From: Candidatus Bathyarchaeota archaeon
GTDB taxonomy: Archaea; Thermoproteota; CALKCG01; B24; DRYS01
NCBI GenBank assembly: GCA_018396535.1
Contig: JAGTQC010000004.1
Coordinates: forward strand, 1 to 64,000
Length of the DNA: 64,000 nucleotides
Reading direction: 5' to 3'
This document shows positions 40,145 to 49,790 of the stretch, piece after piece. Made by a program: the position numbers and the translations under genes. Every line of letters begins with the position of its first letter. The stretch's first letter is position 1. Below the pieces are notes generated by a model. It made no database searches. It was not told where the DNA came from and saw nothing but the letters and a program-made list of their open reading frames with translations.

Positions 40145-40812
40145 CCATAATCCCCTCTTAAAGGTACGAAGATCACATCTAGTAGGCTTCTCCTCTCGAT
40201 TCTCCCATCCATCTTCTTCTCGACTTTAACCAATACCTGCGTCGAGTATGGTCTACCTATAGGTATCAGTAGTATCCCTCCAGGTTTAAGCTGGTCTATC
40301 AGAGGTTGAGGTATATCTGGTGCAGCAGCTGTTACGAGTATGCGATCGTAGGGGGCGTACTCGGCTAGACCTTTAGATCCATCCCCATGTATAACCGTAA
40401 CCCTATCCCCGTATCCAGCTTTCTCTACGTTACGTCTAGCGTAATTCGCCAAATCCTCTATTATCTCTATAGTCCATACATGCCCCCATAGATTCCTTTC
40501 CGTATCGCTAGGTGCGACTATCTCAGCTATAGTACATGCATGATAACCGGATCCAGCCCCAACCTCTAGAACCTTATACCCGATTTTCAACTCAAGCTCT
40601 TCATTCATCAAGCAGACCATATGCGGTGCGGATATAGTCTGACCAGAACCTATCGGTAGGGGTGTATCTAGGTATGCATACATCCTTAGATGCTCAGGTA
40701 GGAATAACTCCCTAGGAACCTTGCGGAAAGCCTCTTCTACAGGCTTAGATCTAATAGCGCCTAAAGCCTTAAGTTCATGTATAAGTCTCTCCTTCTCTCT
40801 AGCTAAACTCAA
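40138..40812 (-). CDS. pcm: Protein-L-isoaspartate O-methyltransferase
   Basis: VPRELF, GQTISAPHM, VLEVGAGSGY, APYDRILVTAA, QLKPGG, FVPL. Confidence 0.95.
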   Translation of the reverse strand: MSLAREKERLIHELKALGAIRSKPVEEAFRKVPRELFLPEHLRMYAYLDTPLPIGSGQTISAPHMVCLMNEELELKIGYKVLEVGAGSGYHACTIAEIVAPSDTERNLWGHVWTIEIIEDLANYARRNVEKAGYGDRVTVIHGDGSKGLAEYAPYDRILVTAAAPDIPQPLIDQLKPGGILLIPIGRPYSTQVLVKVEKKMDGRIERRSLLDVIFVPLRGDYGW

Positions 40813-41049
40813 CCTCTACCACCATGAACCGAGTATGCGTCATTCTCTACCACGTCTCGACGAATATCCTACATTTAAGGTTAAAGATATACCTTGATAC
40901 CATATACGATACGAGCGGTTACATAGGCTATAACCATAATCTAGCCGTCTATGCTTGTATATGTAAGATTTAACAGGGTGCATAATATAGGCTAGCATCG
41001 TTCTAAACGATTTATCTAATCGTTATCTACCTTATCTTTTGAGTATACC

Positions 41050-42516
41050 TTGCGTATACTAGCCGTAGATATAGGGACTGGTAGTATTAAAGCTGCGATA
41101 TTCGAGGATAACTTTAAGTTATCGTCTATAGCTAGGGTTGAGCTTGAAGTAGGTGCTGAGCAGGATCCAGAAGCGATGTATAAAGGCTTCTTGGAAGCTT
41201 GTAGATCCGTATCTAGAGATTCTAAGCTTAGGTTTATAGATGCGTTAGTCTTAAGCGGGCAGATGCATGGCCTCGTATGTATAGGTGTAGATGGTAAGCC
41301 TCTGACAATGCTTCATACGTACATCGATACTAGGCCAGCGGAAGCCGTTAAATTCATGGAAGAGAGGATTGATGGGTATAGATTGTATACCGAGACTGGA
41401 TGCCCCCCTCTATTCATATACCCCCTAGCTAAACTTTTATGGTTTAAACTATCTAAGCCTAGTATATTCAACTCTACTAGATGGTTTCTATCAGCTAAAG
41501 ACTACGTCGTATATAGGCTTATAGGTGAGCCGTACATCGATAGATCTACGGCTTCTGGTAGTCAACTTCTTAATATACATAGCTTAAGCTGGAATGATGA
41601 ATCTCTAGAGCTGGTAGGGATGGATGAATCAAAGCTGTCTAGATTATGTGATGGAGAGAAGCCTCTCATAGAGCTACCTAGAAGTATAGCTTTAAGCCTA
41701 GGCTTAGATTGTAATCCCCCCATCTTCCTCGGCGCATCTGATGGGGCCCTACATAGCTTAGGTGTAGGCGCGGTATCAGATGGTATAGCGGCTATTAACC
41801 TAGGTACTAGCGGAGCGTTTAGGCTATCTTCAGATAGGCCGGTAGTAGATAGATCTAGGAGTATGCGTTTCTTCTGCTATTATCTAGGCTATGGTATATG
41901 GATACCTGGCGGCGCCGTCAATAACGCTGGCTTATGTCTCAGATGGTTCAGGGATAGTATACTAGGCTCACGCCATAGTTACGAGGATCTGATAAGGGAG
42001 GCTGAATCGGTAGATCTAGATCGATTAAACCCTCTAATCCTACCATTCCTATCCGGTGAGAGATTTCCTATCAGAGATCCGTATGCTAAAGCGTTATTCT
42101 TCGGCTTAACTATAGATCATCGTAGAGGGCATATCGTTCGAGCTTTAATGGAGGCTCCGATCTACACATTGAGATGGATAGCTGACTCTATGAGTGAGAA
42201 TATGCTTAACGCTAGAGTTGCACGTATAGGTGGCGGTGGATCCTCATCAAAATTATGGAGGAGGATATGCTCAGGCATCCTTAATCTAAGGATAGAATAT
42301 GTAGGGTTCGAAGAATCATCGCTCATGGGAGCGGCTATAATGGCTGCGCTAGGATTAGGATACTACAGCTCCATAGATGAGGCTTTAGATAAAGCTATTA
42401 ATATAATGGATGCTGATGATCCAGTACCGAATGAGGTTGAAGTATACGAAGAGCGTTATAGACTATATCGTAGCCTATATGAATCAGTATCCCGCTACCA
42501 CCCCCTTCTAACATAA
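41050..42516 (+). CDS. FGGY-family sugar kinase (gluconokinase/xylulokinase-like)
   Basis: DIGTGSIKA, SGQMHG, GASDG, GTSGA, GGAVNNAG, PFLSGER. Confidence 0.85.
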   Translation: MRILAVDIGTGSIKAAIFEDNFKLSSIARVELEVGAEQDPEAMYKGFLEACRSVSRDSKLRFIDALVLSGQMHGLVCIGVDGKPLTMLHTYIDTRPAEAVKFMEERIDGYRLYTETGCPPLFIYPLAKLLWFKLSKPSIFNSTRWFLSAKDYVVYRLIGEPYIDRSTASGSQLLNIHSLSWNDESLELVGMDESKLSRLCDGEKPLIELPRSIALSLGLDCNPPIFLGASDGALHSLGVGAVSDGIAAINLGTSGAFRLSSDRPVVDRSRSMRFFCYYLGYGIWIPGGAVNNAGLCLRWFRDSILGSRHSYEDLIREAESVDLDRLNPLILPFLSGERFPIRDPYAKALFFGLTIDHRRGHIVRALMEAPIYTLRWIADSMSENMLNARVARIGGGGSSSKLWRRICSGILNLRIEYVGFEESSLMGAAIMAALGLGYYSSIDEALDKAINIMDADDPVPNEVEVYEERYRLYRSLYESVSRYHPLLT

Positions 42517-42563
42517 AGTTTTTCCTGTGAATCTATCTTCGATATCCTAGCGGTGTTAAGTCG

Positions 42564-43553
42564 TTGACTCGTATAGCTATCCTATCCTCGAGTTTCGGTG
42601 TATATACGCCTGAAGCGGTTGAGAGACTCAGATCTATAGCAGAAGTCGTTAGGATAGAGTTGAAGGGTAGAAGCCTATCTGAGGATGAATCGATCGAAAT
42701 CCTAAGAGGCTTCGATATACTTATACTAGGTGGTGGATGTATCGTAACCGAGAGGGTTCTACGTGAAACAGGACTTAAAGTCGTAGCTAGGCATGGTGTA
42801 GGTCTCGATAATGTAGATGTGGAAGCTGCTACAAAGCTAGGTGTCCCCGTACTATATACACCTCACGCTAATTCTAGAGCAGTTGCCGAGCATACGTTTG
42901 CTTTGATACTCTCCCTCTCACGTAGGATAACGTTAGCTCATGAATACGTTAGGAGATTACGCGCTTCTCCACCTAAACTCATAGGATTCGAACTTGAAGG
43001 TAAGAAGCTAGGTGTAATAGGGTTCGGTGCTATAGGTAGACTCGTAGCAGGTATCGGTAAAGGCTTCGGTATGTTAATCTTAGTCTACGATCCATACGTG
43101 GATCCCAAGATTATAGAGGATTATGGATGTAGACCAGTAGATCTAGAGACGCTTCTTAGAGAATCGGATATAGTTACGATACATGTCCCTCTAACCAGGG
43201 AGACCTACCATATGATAGGTGAAAGGGAGCTTAAACTCATGAAGCCTACCGCCCTTATAGTAAATACATCTAGAGGCGCTGTTATAGATGAATCCATTCT
43301 AGTTAAAGCTCTAAGAGAGGGGTGGATAGCAGGTGCAGCTCTAGATGTATTCGAAGAGGAACCTTTAAAACCTGAAAACCCGCTCCTATCTATGGATAAC
43401 GTAGTAGCTACACCTCATATAGCCTTTCTGACGGTGGAATCTGTAAGAAGGATGGATACCATGCTCGTAGAAGATATAGAGAGAATACTTTCAGGTAGGA
43501 AACCTCTAAGGATAGCGAATCCAAAAGTCTTAGAGAAACTACCCCTTATCTAA
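42564..43553 (+). CDS. D-isomer-specific 2-hydroxyacid dehydrogenase
   Basis: GVGLDNVD, AVAEH, GFGAIG, HVPLT, NTSRG, LDVFEEEP, TPHIA. Confidence 0.9.
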   Translation: MTRIAILSSSFGVYTPEAVERLRSIAEVVRIELKGRSLSEDESIEILRGFDILILGGGCIVTERVLRETGLKVVARHGVGLDNVDVEAATKLGVPVLYTPHANSRAVAEHTFALILSLSRRITLAHEYVRRLRASPPKLIGFELEGKKLGVIGFGAIGRLVAGIGKGFGMLILVYDPYVDPKIIEDYGCRPVDLETLLRESDIVTIHVPLTRETYHMIGERELKLMKPTALIVNTSRGAVIDESILVKALREGWIAGAALDVFEEEPLKPENPLLSMDNVVATPHIAFLTVESVRRMDTMLVEDIERILSGRKPLRIANPKVLEKLPLI

Positions 43554-43569
43554 ACTCGGATATATACAG

Positions 43570-43851
43570 CTATACTTCCTGTTTAACAGTTGTTTTCAAC
43601 ATATCATCTATCTCTTTAAGCTTTAGCGCTACCTGTCTTCCAAGCTCTGTTAACTTAAATGCTTTCCGAGCCCCCTCCGCCTCTTCTTCGATAAGCCCCA
43701 TCTTAATCAGAGGTATTAGGCTCCTATAGAACGTACTATACCCTATATTCAATCGTCTAGCATCGCTAACTATGACTTTTTCTTGTGTTAGTAGGAATAA
43801 TAGTATTGTTACACCGTGTCTACTGATATCTTCTATCAACTTACTTCTCAC
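43570..43851 (-). CDS. Small winged-helix DNA-binding protein
   Basis: STFYRSL..L...GLIEE...FKLTELG. Confidence 0.7.
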   Translation of the reverse strand: MRSKLIEDISRHGVTILLFLLTQEKVIVSDARRLNIGYSTFYRSLIPLIKMGLIEEEAEGARKAFKLTELGRQVALKLKEIDDMLKTTVKQEV

Positions 43852-43938
43852 CTACTCATCTTCTATTGATGTTTTTGGTCTATATAAACTTTAAGAAAGA
43901 GTTTAAATAGATCTAATAGCTTTATTTAAAATTTGATA

Positions 43939-45303
43939 TTAAGCATTAATAAAGGTTTTTACAGTTACTTCAATAAAAATTCTTTTCGATTTATATAACC
44001 ATTCTCTAAATCCATCTACATCTACAGGATATTCCTCATAAAGCTTCCTAACCTCATGCATAATCTTAACCGCTCTCCTAAACTTACGTAGAAGCTCTAT
44101 CCTACCTAAACCCTTAGCAAACCTCTTAAGTTTCTCTAGAAAACCAGCCTCTACTCTACCATACATACTCGCTTTAAGTATATCTTCCTCTGATAGAAGC
44201 CTAACCGACATACCGTAGTCTATATCTTCATCTGATAAACTTTGTAGAAACATCCTCAATACGTCTAAAGATGCTTGCTTAGCTCCATAACTTCTCATAT
44301 ACCTTACATTATACATCCATAAATCTCTAGCAGTCATCGATCCTCGATCATACGCCTCAAGTATCGCTTCAGCAGCTAACCTACCTGCATACATTGATGG
44401 CCCTATCCCTCCTCCATGTATAGGGTTAACCTGGCATGCAGAATCACCTACAAGTATAAGCCCATCGGCTACGAGGCTTGATAAAGGTCGCCGCGTAGGT
44501 ACCAGCCCTCCTCCACTGTTTATAATATCCTCGCTTACGCCCTTAACTGTATATAGAAACTTGTAGAATAGCATCTTAGGATTAGGATATCCACGTCCAC
44601 ATTGAACACCTACACCTATGTTAGCCGTCCCATCACTTCTAGGAAACAGCCACGCGTAACCACCCGGAGCATAAACTCTGCTAAGATAGATCTCTCCATA
44701 ATTATAATCGTAGTATTCACCCTCGATTAACCTAATCTCTCTATAGGTAGCTTGAATATCCTCGGGTTTAACATCCCTCTCCGGTAGGAAGCCTTCAGGT
44801 AGGCATCTTCTCAATACTGCCGTAGCTCCGCTTGCATCTACGATAACCCTCCCCCTAAATTCTATACTACCATCCATATGCTTCGCTGTAACCCCTACAA
44901 CCCTTCTACCATCGATTATCGGTTTAAGGACTCTAGTCGAATCGTATAGCTCTACACCCCTTCTTAAAGCCTCTTTAAGTAGGATCTGACCAAATTCGTA
45001 ACGCTTCAACATGAAGCCTGATACACCCTCTCCTACTATCTCGAACACCGTGGACCTACTAGGAGAGTATATTCTCATACCTTTAACTTCGTTTATTATA
45101 GCATTCCAGGGATAAGGTAAGCTTAAGTTATCGAAGTGGTGTCTACCGATGGCATCACCGCATACCTTCCTACCTATATCCTCCTCCTTCTTAACATCTA
45201 CTATACATACCTTTAATCCATTCTTAGCTGTAAATAACGCTGTAGAACACCCTCCAGTTCCGGCACCTACTATCACAACGTCGTATACCTTGCTAGACTC
45301 CAT
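43939..45303 (-). CDS. Geranylgeranyl reductase family flavoprotein (DGGGPL reductase-like)
   Basis: VGAGTGG, KVCGD, DASG, PGGYAWLFP, VGDSACQVNPIHGGG. Confidence 0.88.
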   Translation of the reverse strand: MESSKVYDVVIVGAGTGGCSTALFTAKNGLKVCIVDVKKEEDIGRKVCGDAIGRHHFDNLSLPYPWNAIINEVKGMRIYSPSRSTVFEIVGEGVSGFMLKRYEFGQILLKEALRRGVELYDSTRVLKPIIDGRRVVGVTAKHMDGSIEFRGRVIVDASGATAVLRRCLPEGFLPERDVKPEDIQATYREIRLIEGEYYDYNYGEIYLSRVYAPGGYAWLFPRSDGTANIGVGVQCGRGYPNPKMLFYKFLYTVKGVSEDIINSGGGLVPTRRPLSSLVADGLILVGDSACQVNPIHGGGIGPSMYAGRLAAEAILEAYDRGSMTARDLWMYNVRYMRSYGAKQASLDVLRMFLQSLSDEDIDYGMSVRLLSEEDILKASMYGRVEAGFLEKLKRFAKGLGRIELLRKFRRAVKIMHEVRKLYEEYPVDVDGFREWLYKSKRIFIEVTVKTFINA

Positions 45304-45309
45304 ATTATC

Positions 45310-45789
45310 TCACCTATGTAGTATTCTACCTTCAGAATCTATCTCACCCATCTTTATCCTCCTCGATGATATAGGTTCTCCATCATCAGCTAGGACGAAT
45401 GGTACGATAACTATACTTAAAGGCTTTAACCCCTTAGAAGCTCTTATACTATTTATCTCTTCAGCTCTAGGTCTAGTCTCCTCCGTTACGAATATAGCTT
45501 CAAGCTCCGCCATATCGGCGGCTACACCGTATACATCATCGAGTTTAACTATACTATAACGCTCCTTATACATGGAATCTAGGTATGCTCTAAGCCTCTT
45601 CTCCCTACACCTGTACGGTGAAACATTGTAGGGTTTATTAAGCTTCGAAGCAAGCTCATCTGAAGTTAACCCTATGAGGACGTGGTCAGATTGTTTGAAG
45701 GCTTCATCGAGTAGTTTTTTATGTCCTGCATGTATTGTTTCGAATGTGCCGCCTACACATGCTAATCTAAACAATCTTCCATACCCCAT
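45310..45789 (-). CDS. coaD: Phosphopantetheine adenylyltransferase, archaeal type
   Basis: GGTF..IHAGH, IGLTSD, ISSRRI..GEID.EG. Confidence 0.92.
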   Translation of the reverse strand: MGYGRLFRLACVGGTFETIHAGHKKLLDEAFKQSDHVLIGLTSDELASKLNKPYNVSPYRCREKRLRAYLDSMYKERYSIVKLDDVYGVAADMAELEAIFVTEETRPRAEEINSIRASKGLKPLSIVIVPFVLADDGEPISSRRIKMGEIDSEGRILHR

Positions 45790-45805
45790 CGGTTATACAC
45801 CTAAC

Positions 45806-46315
45806 CTATATTATCTTCATAAGCTCCTCCTTAGACCTTCTATCCATCTTCTCGTAATCTTCTATCAGATAGATATTCTCATCGATATCAACTATGACTA
45901 TCTTATTATCGATTCTATACACGTTTCTCCTACCTATTATCTTGAACGTTCTATCACCTTTATCAGTATTAACCCTGCATATATAGTATTCGCCTGTATA
46001 CGTTATATCGTATACGCGTATAATCGAGGGTACGAAATATCTTCTATCAAGTATACGTTCTAATAGCCTTCTCTGATCCTCCTTAAGCTTACGCATATCT
46101 CTAACTACACATATATCTTCATGAGTTATAGAGGATCTAAATAGAACATAGTATGGGTTTGATAAAGGAAACGGTTTAATAGGTTCTACATCATCATACC
46201 GTTCTCCATCAATATATATGGTTAGCAAATCCTTCTCCTTATCGTATTCTATCTCTATCCTATCCGGGTCTACTATACGGAAGGCTATCCTAGCATAATC
46301 CTTAATACTGCTCAT
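45806..46315 (-). CDS. DUF1854-like protein
   Basis: V.P...FPLSNP, RRYFVP.I..V, V.TD.G...F, DI..N.YLI; its start directly follows the ABC transporter stop. Confidence 0.75.
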   Translation of the reverse strand: MSSIKDYARIAFRIVDPDRIEIEYDKEKDLLTIYIDGERYDDVEPIKPFPLSNPYYVLFRSSITHEDICVVRDMRKLKEDQRRLLERILDRRYFVPSIIRVYDITYTGEYYICRVNTDKGDRTFKIIGRRNVYRIDNKIVIVDIDENIYLIEDYEKMDRRSKEELMKII

Positions 46316-48433
46316 CTACGGGTTCACCGGGGTTTCGATAGGTTTCTCCTGGAATTGCGTATTCCAGAGTTTAGCATATAACCCGTTTTTCGCGAGCAGT
46401 TCTTCATGAGTACCTATCTCGACTATCTCACCCTTATCGAGAACTATCAGTTTATCTACATCCTTAACTGTGCTAAGTCTATGAGCTATTATAATCGTAG
46501 TCCTACCCCTAGCTATATTATCTAACGCCTTCTTTATCCCATCCTCGGTTATGGTATCCACACTACTAGTAGCTTCATCTAATATAAGTATCTTAGGATC
46601 AGATATCACTGTTCTAGCTATAGCTATCCTCTGACGTTCACCCCCAGATAGCATGCCTCCCCCCTCACCGCACGGCGTATCATATCGTAGAGGTTTCTCT
46701 AGTATGAAGTCGTGTGCTAAAGCTATCTTAGCCGCAGCCATAACCTCTTCTGGTGTAGCATCAGGCTTACCGTAGCGTATATTGTTAAATATGGAATCGT
46801 TGAATAACCTCGGATCCTGGCTTACTATACCTATCTGTCTCCTTAAGCTCTCTATCCTTATATCCCTTATATCGACTCCATCTAAGAGTATCCTACCCCT
46901 ACTTACATCGTAGAATCTTAGTAGTAGCTTGGTTATAGTCGTCTTGCCGCTGCCTGTAGGCCCAACTATGCCTACTTTCTCTCCAGGCTTTATCTCAAAG
47001 TTTATATTCTTCAATACATTGGTGTAGGGGGTATAGCCAAACCATACATTCTCGAACTTTATCCACCCCCTAATATCTAGATCAATACTCTTAGGTGAAT
47101 CCTTTATACTCGGCTCCATAGACATTAGGCTTTGAATCCTCTCCGCGGCTGTACTAGCTCTCTTCATAGGTTCAACCATACTTATAAGCGTCTGTATCGG
47201 CCCGTAGAACTGGCTTACATAGGATATGAAAGCTGAAAGTACCCCTAAAGTTATCCTTCCTCCTAGAACTTCTAATCCTCCAACCCACCATATGATAGCT
47301 GTAGCCGATGATATCGCGAAGCCTAACATAGGGAAGAATTTCAGGTTGAGTATTGTCGATTTTAAGCCTGCTTTAACGACTTCGTTCAACTTCGTCTTTA
47401 ATCTATCTTCCTCGTATCCCTCCATACAGTATGCCTTAACAACAGTAAACCCAGGTATAACATCTACTAGTAGTGCAGATACATCGGTAGACCTCCTCCA
47501 CTCATAGTGGTAGACCCATCTAGCCTTTCTACTAAACATGGATACACCCAAGATGAGTAGAGGTAGGGGTGCTGAAGCTATCATAGCTAGTCTCGGATCT
47601 AACGCGAATATCATCGTAGCTACTGATGCTAGCGATATTATGCTCCTTAAAAGCTGCTCCAACCCCCATGATAAGAACCAGTTCACCCTACTAGCATCAT
47701 CGGTTATCCTAGATATGAGTCGACCAGACTCATATGTATCCAGTATATTCGGTTGGAACCGCATTATATGCTTAAACAAGTTAACCCTTATAGAATACAT
47801 AACTTTAAGGCTTACATAGGATAACGTATAGCTACGCACCGCACCTAACATAGAGCTTAAGGCTTGTGTAACAACTATTATCACGATTATAACGATAAGC
47901 TGCTCCCTCCTCTGACCAAGGATAACATCATCGATCAATATCCTGAGATAGTATGGTGGTAATAGCCCTAGGAATATGCTAGCTATCCCAGATGCTATAC
48001 CTAGAATTAGAGCTAGCTTATAAGGTAGAGCAAATCTTAAAACAAAGAGTAGGGGGGTCATTTTGAAACTGGTTCTCTCCTGCTCCCCTCTCTGATTACT
48101 GATAATCGCTCTCGTAGATGATGCATTCTCTATAAGGTTGGCGGCTTCGTTAAACTCTCTTCTCAAACTCTTCGTAAACCTTATGAGATGCATAGCTCTT
48201 CCATCTTTAAGTATCAGCTTTAACTCGCTATTACCTACATAATCCACTATATTTACTGAGGATATAGATGATAGATCTATGGAGTTCACAATCCTACCCC
48301 TATCATCGCATACTATACAACGTTTATTCGTGATGATAAGCTGGCTAACACCGTATCTTCCATCTACTCCTATATCGCTTTCAAACCTAGCTATTATACT
48401 CTCATCATCGCTTAAATCTAAGTTAACCTCCAT
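46316..48433 (-). CDS. ABC exporter (TMD+NBD) with extra N-terminal soluble, PH-like domain
   Basis: About 115-aa N-terminal extension (ESDIGVDG...LIITNKR), TM region, GPTGSGKT, LSGGERQR, LDEATS, AHRLST. Confidence 0.88.
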   Translation of the reverse strand: MEVNLDLSDDESIIARFESDIGVDGRYGVSQLIITNKRCIVCDDRGRIVNSIDLSSISSVNIVDYVGNSELKLILKDGRAMHLIRFTKSLRREFNEAANLIENASSTRAIISNQRGEQERTSFKMTPLLFVLRFALPYKLALILGIASGIASIFLGLLPPYYLRILIDDVILGQRREQLIVIIVIIVVTQALSSMLGAVRSYTLSYVSLKVMYSIRVNLFKHIMRFQPNILDTYESGRLISRITDDASRVNWFLSWGLEQLLRSIISLASVATMIFALDPRLAMIASAPLPLLILGVSMFSRKARWVYHYEWRRSTDVSALLVDVIPGFTVVKAYCMEGYEEDRLKTKLNEVVKAGLKSTILNLKFFPMLGFAISSATAIIWWVGGLEVLGGRITLGVLSAFISYVSQFYGPIQTLISMVEPMKRASTAAERIQSLMSMEPSIKDSPKSIDLDIRGWIKFENVWFGYTPYTNVLKNINFEIKPGEKVGIVGPTGSGKTTITKLLLRFYDVSRGRILLDGVDIRDIRIESLRRQIGIVSQDPRLFNDSIFNNIRYGKPDATPEEVMAAAKIALAHDFILEKPLRYDTPCGEGGGMLSGGERQRIAIARTVISDPKILILDEATSSVDTITEDGIKKALDNIARGRTTIIIAHRLSTVKDVDKLIVLDKGEIVEIGTHEELLAKNGLYAKLWNTQFQEKPIETPVNP

Positions 48434-48542
48434 ACCAAGGATATAGACCGGAAGTACCTTGTCAGAATTAAAGTTTACGTACCTAGTTCAAGTAAACCTG
48501 GTAGTTAGCGTCGTATAAGTTAAATCGTAGACTTACGTACTT

Positions 48543-49718
48543 TCAACCCTCACCTTCGCAATATTCCTCTAGATCTAGTAAAGCTGACATATGTCTTGCA
48601 AACGCCTCGTATGGAGACTCATATGGGCTGAAATACATGTGAACCATACCTGCCCCACCTCCTTTAACGCTTTGATAATATAGTAGATCGCTACACTGCA
48701 GCATCCTCCAAGCTTCTAAAGCCCCCCTATCGTTAGAAGATTTAACGATCGACTCCAGCCGTTCTATCCGGTTGAAGCATAATCTTTGCATATCGTTGCC
48801 TATCCATGCGGAGAGATCTCTCTCTTCATCAGCCCACGATACCGGGTTGCTATCAGGGACCTCCACCTCATCTACCGGATGGTATTCATCTATTACCTGG
48901 CTTGGTGTCAAGAATCTTATACCTCGCTTAATAGCCTCCCTAGGTAGCCATGCTAGAAAATCCATTATACCAGTCTCTGCTGGATGATGCTCACCGAATG
49001 TCTCGTAATCCATGAAGACTAGTACATACTGTCCACTACTCCTAGCTATCCACTCACTATACTTATCCGCTGTTAGGGGGTATTCCACCCAATCCCTAGC
49101 TGAGAATCTAAACCCTATATCATCTGAAAGCCTGTAATTCCTAGTTAATATCCTCAAACTACTATCCTTAGCCTTGTATAGATAGTTAGGGCTCCTCCAA
49201 TTCAACACTCTTTCAGCCCCCTCTGTTATAACAGCTTCGAATCCTAGACTCTCCGCTTCAACACCTATCGAATCGCTGTATATGAGTTCAGTATTCTCTA
49301 GTATCCTCGGCTTAATTCCGAATGCCTTTCTCATAATGTCTACATGCTTCTTAACTTGAAATCTAAATTCATCCTTCTCTTTATAGATCGATGCGAGGCT
49401 ATGATAGTATGTTTGAGCTATGAATTCTACACATCCCGTATCAGCTAGTATCTGGAATGAATCTATAACCTCAGGCATCCACATCTCAGCTTGTTTGAGT
49501 AGGAGTCCTGAAATCGAGAATGCTACCTTAAACCGGCCGTCACTTTCCTCTATAATCTCCGATATTATCCTATTAGCTGGTAGATAGCATCTATAGGATA
49601 CCCTCTCCAGCATCTTCCTATTAAGCTGATTATCGAAGTATCTATATGGTAGTCTACCCTTAAACCTGCGTCTAAGTCTAAAGGGTTGATGTACTTCGAA
49701 AACTAGGACTAAATCCAA
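48543..49718 (-). CDS. GH57 alpha-amylase family protein
   Basis: FEVHQP, TYYHSL, NTEL (nucleophile), SDDIGFRFS, DYETFGEH, SWAD, SD..YY. Confidence 0.92.
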   Translation of the reverse strand: MDLVLVFEVHQPFRLRRRFKGRLPYRYFDNQLNRKMLERVSYRCYLPANRIISEIIEESDGRFKVAFSISGLLLKQAEMWMPEVIDSFQILADTGCVEFIAQTYYHSLASIYKEKDEFRFQVKKHVDIMRKAFGIKPRILENTELIYSDSIGVEAESLGFEAVITEGAERVLNWRSPNYLYKAKDSSLRILTRNYRLSDDIGFRFSARDWVEYPLTADKYSEWIARSSGQYVLVFMDYETFGEHHPAETGIMDFLAWLPREAIKRGIRFLTPSQVIDEYHPVDEVEVPDSNPVSWADEERDLSAWIGNDMQRLCFNRIERLESIVKSSNDRGALEAWRMLQCSDLLYYQSVKGGGAGMVHMYFSPYESPYEAFARHMSALLDLEEYCEGEG

Positions 49719-49790
49719 TAATGATCCACCCTCTACCGTTAACTCCTATAGAAAGTTTATTTTATGCATTCATCATAAAACTTTTACGAG

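Noticed and set aside
7792-48504. Shared 13-mer GTAAACCTGGTAG in two intergenic regions (7792-7804 and 48492-48504)
   Set aside because: One 13-mer match among a few kb of biased intergenic DNA is roughly expected by chance; not palindromic and no third copy was seen.
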